Shown: in pieces, positions 33,436 to 43,250 of the stretch
Layout: every line of letters starts with the position of its first letter
Numbering within the stretch: position 1 is the first letter of the stretch
Virus record (IMG/VR): IMGVR_UViG_3300040801_004532
Location: 62,001-126,000 of that record
DNA: 64,000 nt
Direction: 5' to 3' (one strand)
The notes under the pieces: generated by a model
Database searches by the model: none
The model's input: the letters and a program-made list of their open reading frames with translations, nothing else
Told to the model about the DNA's origin: nothing
Made by a program: the position numbers and the translations under genes

Positions 33436-34130
33436 ATCTTGAGTCTTGCCTCTCTTGGGTCAAATCGAAGAATCTTCTCATATGGAACTTCCATACACTT
33501 TAGCCCCCAAATTGATAATGAGTGAAGTCCAATATAATTACCCCTAACTTTATTTGGAGCTAGATCTAAATTTGGTATACCGGGACGCCTTTTCATTTCA
33601 ATTGTATAAATCTTTGCTAGTTCTGACTCACGTAAAAATTTACGAAGAAGGAATCTGATAGCATCAATTTTCATCTTTCTGCCAAAATTACAAACAACAT
33701 GAAATGATGTTTTACCAGTAAATCTTATAGACGCAGTTTGGACTATAGGCATTTTATCCATAACATAATTATAGACATCATAAGCCGCTTTTCTCGCCCA
33801 TCTAAATCCATCAGAAGGATCTATATCTATATCTATAATCCCAAAATCCTCATAGCTTCTCATTTCAGGAAAGAACGATACGGTTCTTCCAGTGATTACT
33901 GTATCGTAATTTCTATGAGTTAACTGTATGTTTCCACCTTTCCCTTTTCTGCGAATTATTGGTTTATTCAAATCGACCATAATCATAAGCATCACATCTC
34001 GACCCAGCGTTTGATTTAATACTTCATTCTTCACATTTTGATAATAATTCCAAATATCTATTTCTCTCAAACCACGAGGGTAAAATTTATTCTTTAAAAC
34101 TATGGTATCTGGGTGCTCTGGATAGCTCAT
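33432..34130 (-). CDS. LigD-type primase-polymerase domain protein
   Basis: IWNYYQ...IIDID...FTGKTSFHV motifs. Confidence 0.7.
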   Translation of the reverse strand: MSYPEHPDTIVLKNKFYPRGLREIDIWNYYQNVKNEVLNQTLGRDVMLMIMVDLNKPIIRRKGKGGNIQLTHRNYDTVITGRTVSFFPEMRSYEDFGIIDIDIDPSDGFRWARKAAYDVYNYVMDKMPIVQTASIRFTGKTSFHVVCNFGRKMKIDAIRFLLRKFLRESELAKIYTIEMKRRPGIPNLDLAPNKVRGNYIGLHSLSIWGLKCMEVPYEKILRFDPREARLKI

Positions 34131-34151
34131 CCATAATCCTCCAAATGGTTT

Positions 34152-34167
34152 TATTTATATTTTGTTC
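34152..34167 (-). promoter_or_regulatory. candidate late-type promoter GAACAAAATATAAATA
   Basis: exact copy at 12463-12478 (+), variant at 19234-19249; contains TATAAATA. Confidence 0.4.
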
Positions 34168-34170
34168 TAT

Positions 34171-34190
34171 TATATATATAAATAACTGAA
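34171..34190 (+). promoter_or_regulatory. candidate phage promoter TATATATATAAATAACTGAA
   Basis: identical to 29275-29294. Confidence 0.55.
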
Positions 34191-34240
34191 AAGGAGTTAA
34201 CCTGTAAATTATTAATCTACCCCAAAAGAAGGGAGGAACT

Positions 34241-34678
34241 ATGTGTTATACAGGGAGACTATTTGAGTTCGATTTTTGTGGTAAAGTAGTTGATTGTCAC
34301 AAAGGCGGAGCCGAATACCAACCATGGTATTCATCTATGAACCTTATCCGTAACAGATTCTCCAGAGAGGTAGATAAAAATCCAGCCCATTGGGATATAA
34401 GTGATCCCGATGGACTATGTAGCAACCTGTTCTATTATGTCGCTACAGCATTACAGGTTAACAACATGGAAGAACTGAAGGTCTTTCCAGCATTTGGATC
34501 GGCCTTCGATATCTACCACGGTATTGATCTCTTCTTCGAATATCGTGGGAAGTTCTGTACCATTGACCTGTCTTGTAATCCGAATAAGGATTCATATAAG
34601 GCAGATGTTATGATTTGCCCCGAAGACGAATTGGAAGAAATTGCAGCGGAGATTGCAAACGTATTGCTCAATAACTGA
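34241..34678 (+). CDS. hypothetical protein
   Basis: GGAGG SD; + strand cassette. Confidence 0.65.
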   Translation: MCYTGRLFEFDFCGKVVDCHKGGAEYQPWYSSMNLIRNRFSREVDKNPAHWDISDPDGLCSNLFYYVATALQVNNMEELKVFPAFGSAFDIYHGIDLFFEYRGKFCTIDLSCNPNKDSYKADVMICPEDELEEIAAEIANVLLNN

Positions 34679-34725
34679 AAAGGAAGTAGCTGGTTCTTTA
34701 TAAACCAGAGAATGAGGAGGAATCA

Positions 34726-34911
34726 ATGTATGAGGGCAGAGATGTAATACTTCGTTCGTTCAAGGAAGAAATCCTTGAACTCATCCGAGATCATCGGTTC
34801 GTCGAAGCCGAGATGGTCTTGGCCCAAGCACCCTGCTCAGAGCGGCAGAGGTGTATATTTGTGCGTAAGTTCATGCCATGGCTCTCTATGAGCTATACGG
34901 CTACGGACTAA
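34726..34911 (+). CDS. small hypothetical protein
   Basis: GAGGAGG SD. Confidence 0.6.
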   Translation: MYEGRDVILRSFKEEILELIRDHRFVEAEMVLAQAPCSERQRCIFVRKFMPWLSMSYTATD

Positions 34912-34945
34912 AATCCACGGGGCTCTCATGGGGTGTCTTTCTCGG

Positions 34946-34978
34946 AAAGGAGATGTGAAATCTACATCTCCTTTTTTT
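34946..34978 (+). terminator. intrinsic terminator
   Basis: AAAGGAGATGT/ACATCTCCTTT hairpin plus T-run. Confidence 0.75.
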
Positions 34979-34979
34979 G

Positions 34980-35276
34980 CTAACTTTTTTTATGGTTATA
35001 AATATGAATAATATTCAAAACTACAAGATCGCCCTTTAAAAACGGATGGTCTTTAACTAGATCTGTTATGACCTCAACAACAACATCACAGGAGCATATC
35101 TCTACAACTCGTCCCCAAATTCTTTCACCATTTTGATTAAACTCTAATAGATCACCAATATCAACATATCTAAGATTATTCAATGGTTTTGGAGACTCGT
35201 TACAAGAATAATATTTCTCAAGATCCCATGCATCTACACAGTCGATACAATTATAGTCATACTCATTACAGAACAC
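34980..35276 (-). CDS. hypothetical protein
   Basis: ORF track. Confidence 0.55.
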   Translation of the reverse strand: MFCNEYDYNCIDCVDAWDLEKYYSCNESPKPLNNLRYVDIGDLLEFNQNGERIWGRVVEICSCDVVVEVITDLVKDHPFLKGDLVVLNIIHIYNHKKS

Positions 35277-35481
35277 AGGAGTTCCTCACACGGTCACACT
35301 CTCTTATATATTCGACCGGATCATTATCAAAAATACAACATTGAAGTTCATAGCTACTATCCATTAGATTTATTTTATTTGTTAAATATAGGTAGGCTTC
35401 CCACCTGTCAACATTATAAGAAAGCATTGCTGCAAGGGCCTCATGAGCGAATGAAATGAGTTCTTTTCTGTTATAATACAT
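35266..35481 (-). CDS. hypothetical protein
   Basis: ORF track. Confidence 0.5.
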   Translation of the reverse strand: MYYNRKELISFAHEALAAMLSYNVDRWEAYLYLTNKINLMDSSYELQCCIFDNDPVEYIRECDRVRNSCVL

Positions 35482-35492
35482 TCTGGCCCCAT

Positions 35493-36167
35493 TTACTTAT
35501 CATATTTGACTCCATCAATTTCGTTAAGAATATCAAAAACACAATCTAAATCAAAATCAAAATTTAGTTTTTGTTCTTTTTTATATGCAAATGCTCGACT
35601 AGGATCAATCTTCTGATATTTTCTATTTTTTATTGTTCTCATTTTTTTGCGAAAATTAATATCTGGCTTTAGTCCACAATGCTTATAAATTTTAAATAGC
35701 ATATCATCAGGGTTTATTAACAAATCTTCATATTTAAATGTATATGTGTTATTCATCTTCATTATTTTCTTTGTAGCAACTGGAACAATCCCTTTATAGG
35801 TTCTTATTGGCTGTTCTAAATTTTTAATATATTTAAATTTATTTACATTTGAAACAGCAACATCATATGGATGCCTGATAATATGCAAGATTCGACTTTT
35901 ACTATTAAAAAATTTATTCCACTTTTCACAATATTTGATTATTGGAAATTTCCTTGCAGAAGGAAAATAGGGAACTTTTTCTCCCCAATTATCTTTGGTA
36001 ACATCAATGCCACGATTTTCAACAAATTGAATAAGGGTCTGCTTATCCTTGCAAATTTTCAAAAGAAAGTTTTCATGATAAATCCTTCTAACTTGTGGGT
36101 GTAATTGTAGCAATCGTCGAAGAAGAGTCGTTCCGCTCCTTTGGAAACCAACAACTAAAATATTCAT
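35493..36167 (-). CDS. sulfotransferase family protein
   Basis: VVGFQRSGTTLLRRLL..HP, WGEK.P, HIIRHPYD..VS, KYEDL. Confidence 0.85.
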   Translation of the reverse strand: MNILVVGFQRSGTTLLRRLLQLHPQVRRIYHENFLLKICKDKQTLIQFVENRGIDVTKDNWGEKVPYFPSARKFPIIKYCEKWNKFFNSKSRILHIIRHPYDVAVSNVNKFKYIKNLEQPIRTYKGIVPVATKKIMKMNNTYTFKYEDLLINPDDMLFKIYKHCGLKPDINFRKKMRTIKNRKYQKIDPSRAFAYKKEQKLNFDFDLDCVFDILNEIDGVKYDK

Positions 36168-37215
36168 TAATAACCCCCACCATCCGCCTAGCAGATTGTC
36201 CATCATTCAACATACGAAGTTGATCTGGATAATTGCTTTTGGGAGGATTCTCTAATAAATTTATTACAGATGAAAATATCTTATCGCTATCAGGTTGACA
36301 TAATCTAGTTGTACCATAATTAATCGTATATTCAATATTTGAAGTATCCCTAATTGCAACGCAGGGAACGTCCAAAATAGAAGTTTCTTGTTGAACCCCA
36401 TCAGAATCTGTTATAACACAGGATGCATTTTTCATTAACTTAATAAAATCAAAATATCCAAGAGGGTCTAAAACATCAATCATTCCTGTGTGTTTCCATA
36501 ATCCAAATTCATCAATCATCTTACTTGTTCTTGGGTGAACAGTAAATACAACATGATGTTTTTCAGACAGTTTCGATAGCCCGATTATAATCTCTTCTAA
36601 GTTATCTTTTATATCTGTATTCACAGGTCTATGTATTTCAACTAATAAAAATAGGTCGTCATCATAAATTGGAGTCCGTTCAGTATAAAATAAAAGATTA
36701 TCAATCATTGGATCTCCAACAAGGTGAATCTTTTTTGAATCAATCCCCTCATTTAATAAGTTCCTTCTATCTTGTGGAGAAATTGGAAACAACAAGTCTG
36801 ACACATGATCTGTTACAATTCGATTTATTTCTTCGGGCATTTTTTTATCAAAAGATCTCATTCCAGCTTCCTGGTGGGCAATTGGTATGTGTAATTTAGC
36901 TGCAACAAGAGCACAACCCATAGTTGAATTTACATCACCAACAACCAGAACCATATCAGGTCTTTCATCAAGACAAACTTTCTCAAATCGATCCATTATC
37001 TTTGCAGTTTGTTCACCATGATTTCCGGAACCAACTTCTAAGTGTTTGTATGGCTCTTTTAAACCAAACTCTTTAAAAAACACTTCGTTCATATTGTAGT
37101 CATAATGCTGCCCAGTATGGATAATTTCATACTCAAAATCTCGTAAAATAAGCTCTCGCTCAATCGCAGCTATTTTCATAAAGTTCGGTCTTGCTCCGCC
37201 AATCAAGTAAATCAT
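36088..37215 (-). CDS. wecB: UDP-N-acetylglucosamine 2-epimerase (WecB/WbpI-like)
   Basis: GARPNFMK, HTGQHYD, VGDVNST, HQEAGMRS, EEINR, TDSDGVQQE. Confidence 0.9.
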   Translation of the reverse strand: MIYLIGGARPNFMKIAAIERELILRDFEYEIIHTGQHYDYNMNEVFFKEFGLKEPYKHLEVGSGNHGEQTAKIMDRFEKVCLDERPDMVLVVGDVNSTMGCALVAAKLHIPIAHQEAGMRSFDKKMPEEINRIVTDHVSDLLFPISPQDRRNLLNEGIDSKKIHLVGDPMIDNLLFYTERTPIYDDDLFLLVEIHRPVNTDIKDNLEEIIIGLSKLSEKHHVVFTVHPRTSKMIDEFGLWKHTGMIDVLDPLGYFDFIKLMKNASCVITDSDGVQQETSILDVPCVAIRDTSNIEYTINYGTTRLCQPDSDKIFSSVINLLENPPKSNYPDQLRMLNDGQSARRMVGVINEYFSCWFPKERNDSSSTIATITPTS

Positions 37216-38075
37216 GACTTCTCCCTTATCTGTTGTACTAATGCAATGGCATTAAAAGAATCCTCGATACCATATCCACTACCGCTCAATATTCTCTTAT
37301 ATGACTCTGTATGGAGTTCAGAGAAGACATTATCAAATCGTACCTCCTCTCCATTTACAACCATACTTCTATAAAACTGTTGGTTTTTATCGGGAAGATC
37401 ATTTCTATCTAATGATAAATTCCACTCCACGTTTGCTAATTCCAATTCTAAAATTCCTGTTGATTTCATTTCATTTCTGTATGTTATTTCAAATGATTTT
37501 GGTTGACCAAATAACCATATAAGCATATCGAAAAAATGGATACCAATGTTTGTTTCTATCCCTCCCGACTGTCCCTCTTTTCCTTTCCAGCTTTGAAAAT
37601 ACCAGGGACCCCTTGGAGTTATATAATTCAATGTAACAAGATATTTTTTTCCTTTGTCAATCATATGCTTCAATAACTGGATGCTTGGATGTAATCTAAG
37701 CTGTAAGATTGAAAATACTCTCCTTGATGTTTGATTTTCAATCTTTCTTAATTGAACTAAATTTTCAGTTGTTGTGGTTAATGGTTTTTCACATATTACA
37801 TCAGCACCCAATCTCATTCCCAATTTACAATGTGCTTCATGTAAATAGTTTGGAGAGCATACAGCCAGATAATCCAAGTCTTCATATTTTATACAATGGC
37901 GATCAAAAGCTTCTTGTGTTTTAAAAAATTTACATTCTGGAAAATATTTATCAAGAATTCCAACCGAATCATTTGGATCAAATGCAACAACTAGATTGTT
38001 GCCAGTATCTTTTATTGCTTGCATATGCCTTGGTGCAACATAACCAGCAGCTCCTATTAGTCCAAAATTATACAT
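37212..38075 (-). CDS. Gfo/Idh/MocA oxidoreductase (WbpB/WlbA-like)
   Basis: GLIGAAGYVAPRHMQAI, CSPNYLH, ICEKP, SWKG...SGGI.TNIG.HFFD. Confidence 0.88.
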   Translation of the reverse strand: MYNFGLIGAAGYVAPRHMQAIKDTGNNLVVAFDPNDSVGILDKYFPECKFFKTQEAFDRHCIKYEDLDYLAVCSPNYLHEAHCKLGMRLGADVICEKPLTTTTENLVQLRKIENQTSRRVFSILQLRLHPSIQLLKHMIDKGKKYLVTLNYITPRGPWYFQSWKGKEGQSGGIETNIGIHFFDMLIWLFGQPKSFEITYRNEMKSTGILELELANVEWNLSLDRNDLPDKNQQFYRSMVVNGEEVRFDNVFSELHTESYKRILSGSGYGIEDSFNAIALVQQIREKS

Positions 38076-38241
38076 TTCTTATTTCCTCATGGTCAAATCC
38101 AAATATTAATGTATGGTATTCATTTAGTTTATCACATATTTCAAGGCAAACAGGTTTTAATAAACAAACTCTGCAAGGACATTCTAAAACCTTTCCATCC
38201 ATTTGAATATCACAAAATCCACTTCGTAGACAACAACTCAT
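38068..38241 (-). CDS. small Cys-motif protein (57 aa)
   Basis: manual translation ...CPCRVCLLKPVCLEICDKL. Confidence 0.55.
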   Translation of the reverse strand: MSCCLRSGFCDIQMDGKVLECPCRVCLLKPVCLEICDKLNEYHTLIFGFDHEEIRNV

Positions 38242-38726
38242 TATATAAACTCGTCTTCTGGAACTAAATATAAAATTTTGGCGGGGTTACCAACATAGAT
38301 ATATCCAGGTTCTGTACTTTTTGTTACTACAGAACCTGCACCAATTACACAATTTTGACCTATTTCAACTCCTGGAAGAATCGTTACTCTTGCACCAATA
38401 CGAGCGGCACGTCTAATAATTGGTGGTTCAGCAATATCCTTGTATGATCTTCTATATGCAATTTTTCTTGTATTGGTTGTCATACATCCCATTCCAACAA
38501 ATACTTCATCCTCAATAATACATCCCCTGCAAATATTTGAAAATTGCATTACTTGGGTGTCATTACCAATTTTAGCACCAGCAGCAATAAAACAATGTGC
38601 TCTAACATGCGAACGATTTCCAATAACTACACCACGCCTTATAACAGTATAATGACCAATATAACATCCATTCCCAATTTTTGCTCCTTGTTCAATAATC
38701 GCTGTTGACTCAATTAGTGTACTCAT
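38241..38726 (-). CDS. hexapeptide-repeat N-acetyltransferase (WbpD-like)
   Basis: left-handed beta-helix repeats; IGAGSVVTK...YVGNPAK. Confidence 0.85.
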   Translation of the reverse strand: MSTLIESTAIIEQGAKIGNGCYIGHYTVIRRGVVIGNRSHVRAHCFIAAGAKIGNDTQVMQFSNICRGCIIEDEVFVGMGCMTTNTRKIAYRRSYKDIAEPPIIRRAARIGARVTILPGVEIGQNCVIGAGSVVTKSTEPGYIYVGNPAKILYLVPEDEFI

Positions 38727-39226
38727 TTCTTTTCACCCCTAAATAAAAAAGCTCTTCTATTTAATTTTTTCGGGTTTTGAATTACATACCCACAATCAAA
38801 GTCAATATATGGAGAAAACCTTTCTTCCCACCCATCAAATTCAAACCATCTTACATGACCCTTATATGGGCTATTCGGAACAGAAATAATAACCTTTGTT
38901 CCAGCTCGTAAAGAATTTATAACATCTAAATCTTTCTCTATATGTTCTAAACATTGAAAGGAAACAAATGTTATAGCTCCTTTAAGCAAATATAAATTTT
39001 CAGTAATATCACAACATATAAAACTCATACCCGGTAATTTATTTTTGGCTTCTTTAATTTTATCCTTTAAAATATCAATTCCCATATAATTTCTAAATCC
39101 ATTCTTATGTAATAGCGATGCAAAATTGCCATTCGAGCAACCAAGTTCAACAATTAATTTATCATTCTTATCTAACCACGGAACAACCATTTTTCTCATT
39201 TCATCATGGTTGATTTTAAATATCAT
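38723..39226 (-). CDS. class I SAM-dependent methyltransferase
   Basis: IVELGCSNG...YMGIDI...CLEHI. Confidence 0.75.
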   Translation of the reverse strand: MIFKINHDEMRKMVVPWLDKNDKLIVELGCSNGNFASLLHKNGFRNYMGIDILKDKIKEAKNKLPGMSFICCDITENLYLLKGAITFVSFQCLEHIEKDLDVINSLRAGTKVIISVPNSPYKGHVRWFEFDGWEERFSPYIDFDCGYVIQNPKKLNRRAFLFRGEKK

Positions 39227-40149
39227 ATTCCAAACTCCTTTTGTATTATTTCGGTCATTTCTTTTACCCGTTTTTCACAACTATGATTTTTCCTAACAAA
39301 ATCCATTCCGTTTCTAGCGATTCTCTCTCGTTCCTTATCATGCTCCATATAATACTTTGCCTTTCTAACCAAATCTTTGGGGGTTTTATAAATAACCAAA
39401 TGTTCTCCATCTACGAACCCTAATTTAGTTAAATCCTCTGGTCTATCAGCAAGCAAAAACCCACCACATGCTAATGTTTCTGTATACCTCATACTCAATG
39501 ATTTAAATATGTTATTACTAGTAACGGTTATTTTACATTTGTTTATTGCGTTAATTAGAGCTTGATGGATCACTCTTTTTGTTATCAATCTAAAACCCGC
39601 TTTTTTCAAAGATTTCCTAACAACAGAACGATTGGGATAGATATCTTTCCTGGCTGTAAATGATGCAAGAATAATATCCTCTTTTTTTAACTTATTCTTT
39701 TTATAAATATTTGTATCAACAGAAAATGGCAGCATTCTAATTTTATCACAAACCTTATTTTCTTCTAATAGTCTAATAGCATTTGATGTTATCCCGAAAA
39801 CTAAATCATATTTATTTTCTTTGAAAAACTTATTTTGTTTTGGTATTCCAGCAGGTCGTCCATAATCAACTGTAATATGGACTTTTGGAATATTGATAAG
39901 ACCAAGACCATTAAACTCTTTTGAATATCTCCACCCGTAAGTAATAATCAAATCTGGATTTGAATTTTTATACTTTTTCTTGATAATTTGTTTGGCTGAC
40001 AACTTCTCGTTGAAGCCAGAATATCCCCTGCCATAATAAACAACATCATGCTGTCTACCAATTTCATTTCTAAATAATTGATGCCCCCAATTATATCTAC
40101 CAATTTGATTAGGGCTTAGTAACAATATCTTCATTTTATAGTCCACCAA
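39223..40149 (-). CDS. glycosyltransferase (CgeB/Glyco_trans_1_2-like)
   Basis: R.TETLACGGFLL...GEHLVIY...IARNG. Confidence 0.75.
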   Translation of the reverse strand: MVDYKMKILLLSPNQIGRYNWGHQLFRNEIGRQHDVVYYGRGYSGFNEKLSAKQIIKKKYKNSNPDLIITYGWRYSKEFNGLGLINIPKVHITVDYGRPAGIPKQNKFFKENKYDLVFGITSNAIRLLEENKVCDKIRMLPFSVDTNIYKKNKLKKEDIILASFTARKDIYPNRSVVRKSLKKAGFRLITKRVIHQALINAINKCKITVTSNNIFKSLSMRYTETLACGGFLLADRPEDLTKLGFVDGEHLVIYKTPKDLVRKAKYYMEHDKERERIARNGMDFVRKNHSCEKRVKEMTEIIQKEFGI

Positions 40150-40670
40150 ACATAAAAATCTTCAATGTGTAATTTATCTTTATTTATAAATTCATCAACT
40201 GCTTTCTTAACCCCTTTCCATTTACCACCATAATCATGACCAGAAATAATTCCGCCAGGTTTTACTTTTTTAGACCAAAGATATAGATTTTCTTTAACGT
40301 ATGGATAATCATGATTAGCATCAATAAATACCCAATCCAAAATTTCATCTTTAATAAATTCAATGGCTTCCACGCTAGTCATTTGATATACTTTAACTTT
40401 TTGTTTATAAGGTTTAATTTTAAAAAGGAATATCTCTTTTGCCTGATCCCATGTTTTAACTTTTTTATGCCCCGGTTTTCTATACATTTCTCCATCATAT
40501 TTTTCATATGATTCCCAAGGATCTACTGCATAATATCTTTTTATTCTGGGTAGATTTTTTAAAAGAGTTAATGTTGTATCCCCAGTATGAACTCCAACCT
40601 CACAACCTATCTCATGTCTTCTTTCTTTTAAAATTTCCAACAAAACATCAGAATGGGTTACAATTCCCAT
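40131..40670 (-). CDS. Methyltransf_24-like SAM methyltransferase
   Basis: EVGVHTG, WVFIDANHDY, GGIISGHDY. Confidence 0.8.
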   Translation of the reverse strand: MGIVTHSDVLLEILKERRHEIGCEVGVHTGDTTLTLLKNLPRIKRYYAVDPWESYEKYDGEMYRKPGHKKVKTWDQAKEIFLFKIKPYKQKVKVYQMTSVEAIEFIKDEILDWVFIDANHDYPYVKENLYLWSKKVKPGGIISGHDYGGKWKGVKKAVDEFINKDKLHIEDFYVWWTIK

Positions 40671-41254
40671 TTTAATTTCCTCGCAACAAAACCTTCAGCG
40701 TATACGTCAGGTTCATCTGTAATTAAAGAAGCCCAATAAGCATTCTTCTTTTTAACAATATCAATATTTATGGCACCACAATTTATCTGGCTTGCAAAAC
40801 AATTTAAAATTTCAAGTTTTTTATTGAAATCGACCACCGAAAAAACATTAGGGTGAAAATCATATGTAGATCCACTATCATAAAACAGCATTGTAATGTG
40901 ACGTTTCCTACCCACGGCTTGCGCAATTACTGATGATCTTCTATGATGTTGATGTGTATCATGCTCAAATGGAGCAAAAATTATATCTGGTTTGATTGGA
41001 TCAAGACACTCAATCATCTGTGAATCACTATCAGTTTCACCCAATAAATAAATGAATCTTCGATTGATTCCAATTACATTGGCAGCCTCATGCTGTTCAC
41101 TCAAACGATAACCAGGAGCTCCTGTCCTGTATTCATCTGTGTGGGTAATAGCATACCATATTTTATCGCCACGTTGAAAATGTTTCAAAATAGTTCCAGC
41201 ACACCCAATTTCTATATCATCATAATGTGAACCGATAGCTAATATTTTTTTCAT
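40658..41254 (-). CDS. PIG-L/LmbE family deacetylase
   Basis: GSHYDDIEIGCAG, R..E...A, DTHQHH. Confidence 0.8.
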   Translation of the reverse strand: MKKILAIGSHYDDIEIGCAGTILKHFQRGDKIWYAITHTDEYRTGAPGYRLSEQHEAANVIGINRRFIYLLGETDSDSQMIECLDPIKPDIIFAPFEHDTHQHHRRSSVIAQAVGRKRHITMLFYDSGSTYDFHPNVFSVVDFNKKLEILNCFASQINCGAINIDIVKKKNAYWASLITDEPDVYAEGFVARKLKWEL

Positions 41255-41255
41255 T

Positions 41256-42017
41256 TTAAAAATTCCACCCTTCTTCAACATCTCTCAAATATTTGGCAGG
41301 ACTTCCAACATAAATCCCTGATTTATCAATATTCTTAGTAACCACCGACCCCATACCAATAACAACATTATCAGTTATAGTAGTATAATGCTTTACCATA
41401 GACCCGGAACTGAACCAACAATTAACACCGGTTGTAACCCCACCATTAAAAATCACTCCAACTGCCAAAACTGACCCAGCCCCAATATTACAATTATGTC
41501 CAACGTTATTTTTTGCTCCCATTTTGCAACCAGAATTTATTACTGTGGATCCCATAGTTCCCCTATGAATTACAGAATAAGGACCAATATCAACATTGTC
41601 CCCAATTAAAATATTGCCCGTATGCTTGAATTGAATCTTTTGCCCATCCGGACAATGAACTAATTTTAATCCATCAACTTCCATAATAACAGTTTCATGA
41701 ATATTGCAATTCTTTCCAATAATTGGGGTATGCCTAATTCCCTTATTTATTTCATTATGAAAAATAGTAAACTCAAATTCAGGCCAATCGGTATAATAAA
41801 CCTTAGCATTTGGATAATAGTATTCACAAAATTCATTGACCAAACCTTTAATGGTGGTTGGAGCTATTAACCAAAAATCCTTTTCAGAATATATGTCAGA
41901 ATATATTGTGGGGAAATATTTAGTATCTCTTATAAATGTTACAGACCTATCTTTAATGTTTGTTATTGGACTAGTTCGATAATAGTTATCGAATTTTCTT
42001 AGCAGGGACTCCAGCAT
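41256..42017 (-). CDS. LpxD-like acyl/acetyltransferase
   Basis: HTGNILIGDNVDIG, IHRGT, GHNCNIG hexapeptide repeats. Confidence 0.75.
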   Translation of the reverse strand: MLESLLRKFDNYYRTSPITNIKDRSVTFIRDTKYFPTIYSDIYSEKDFWLIAPTTIKGLVNEFCEYYYPNAKVYYTDWPEFEFTIFHNEINKGIRHTPIIGKNCNIHETVIMEVDGLKLVHCPDGQKIQFKHTGNILIGDNVDIGPYSVIHRGTMGSTVINSGCKMGAKNNVGHNCNIGAGSVLAVGVIFNGGVTTGVNCWFSSGSMVKHYTTITDNVVIGMGSVVTKNIDKSGIYVGSPAKYLRDVEEGWNF

Positions 42018-42504
42018 AAACTCCCTCCATACAATCCCTATTTACAAAAGAATTGGTTCCTATTATAACATCTTCCCCAATTATAACGCTCGGTCCAATA
42101 ACTGCAGCAGTTCCAATGAAAGCACCATTCTTTATAAATGTTCCTTTGCTCTTTGATCCATCTGGTAAACTAAAAACAGTCATTACATTTGGCGAAATAA
42201 AAACATCATTCCCCACAAAGACTTTTCTTGCAATAGTTGAACCAAACCGTAGCGTTACATTATTTCCAATTATATTGTCGCCTGAGGACCTTACATAACT
42301 ATCAATGTAACAATTATTGCCAATCCTTGTTCCTTTCCTTAACAATACGTAATTTTGAATTTCAACATTATCACCAATTATAACATCTTCTTCGATAATA
42401 CAAAATGCTCCAATTTTTAAGTTCTCGCCATGTTTAAAAGATTTATGAATAATATTTGTTCTTACAGCATTGTAACCATCATCAGTGCTAAATAGTTGTT
42501 CCAT
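41986..42504 (-). CDS. hexapeptide-repeat acetyltransferase
   Basis: repeats; YAGVPAK. Confidence 0.8.
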   Translation of the reverse strand: MEQLFSTDDGYNAVRTNIIHKSFKHGENLKIGAFCIIEEDVIIGDNVEIQNYVLLRKGTRIGNNCYIDSYVRSSGDNIIGNNVTLRFGSTIARKVFVGNDVFISPNVMTVFSLPDGSKSKGTFIKNGAFIGTAAVIGPSVIIGEDVIIGTNSFVNRDCMEGVYAGVPAKKIR

Positions 42505-43250
42505 TATTTCTCCTCCCATCTTATAAATGTTGTTCCTTTTGGTTTATCAATACCAAGTTCATTCTTCCATTTTTGACCTTTTCTTCCATCAATCAATCTT
42601 GGGTCTCCAGGATTTGAATAGATTCCATATTTCCATTTTCTAATTAAAGGTCTCATATATTCCTGTGAAAATCTAAACTGTTTCTCGGGGTTCGTTTTTA
42701 CTCGCATCCTTTTTACTGCTTCCTCAACAAATTCACGTTTAATTAAAATGGGATTTAGACCAAATTGCTTCTTCCAATCAGACGCCAAATAAAAACCATC
42801 TTTAAAAGTCCATACACAATTAAATACAAAAAAACTTTTCTTCTTGGGTGTTGCCATTTTAAATAATCTCAAACTACATAGATCTTTTTCTCTCTTTAAT
42901 ATATCAATCATATTATCAACATCTATTGGATAAAGTATATTTACATCATCCTCCCAATGAAAAATATATGGGGCATCTGCTTGACTCCATACCCATTTTA
43001 CAGCTTTGGGAAATGAAGGGGTGTTTGCAATATTATATATAACATTTTTAAAATTCTTCTTGGCTACCTTTACAACCTTAAGTGGAGCAATATTTTCCCC
43101 AACTGGGTCAATATTAATAATCAATCGGTATCTATCATCTTCTCCTTTACAAACATTCTCCTTTATAGAAACCAATGTCTCGGCTAAAATAGAAGGTCTT
43201 AATACCGCAGTCATTGTAATATCAATCTTATCCTTAGATATATGGCTCAT
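42504..43250 (-). CDS. GT-A fold glycosyltransferase (family 2-like)
   Basis: TAVLRP, FHWEDD (DxD-like). Confidence 0.6.
   Translation of the reverse strand: MSHISKDKIDITMTAVLRPSILAETLVSIKENVCKGEDDRYRLIINIDPVGENIAPLKVVKVAKKNFKNVIYNIANTPSFPKAVKWVWSQADAPYIFHWEDDVNILYPIDVDNMIDILKREKDLCSLRLFKMATPKKKSFFVFNCVWTFKDGFYLASDWKKQFGLNPILIKREFVEEAVKRMRVKTNPEKQFRFSQEYMRPLIRKWKYGIYSNPGDPRLIDGRKGQKWKNELGIDKPKGTTFIRWEEK

Noticed and set aside
36088-36167. Programmed frameshift between wecB and the sulfotransferase
   Set aside because: The 80-nt overlap is explained by a dispensable C-terminal tail; both genes have complete motifs and I saw no slippery site
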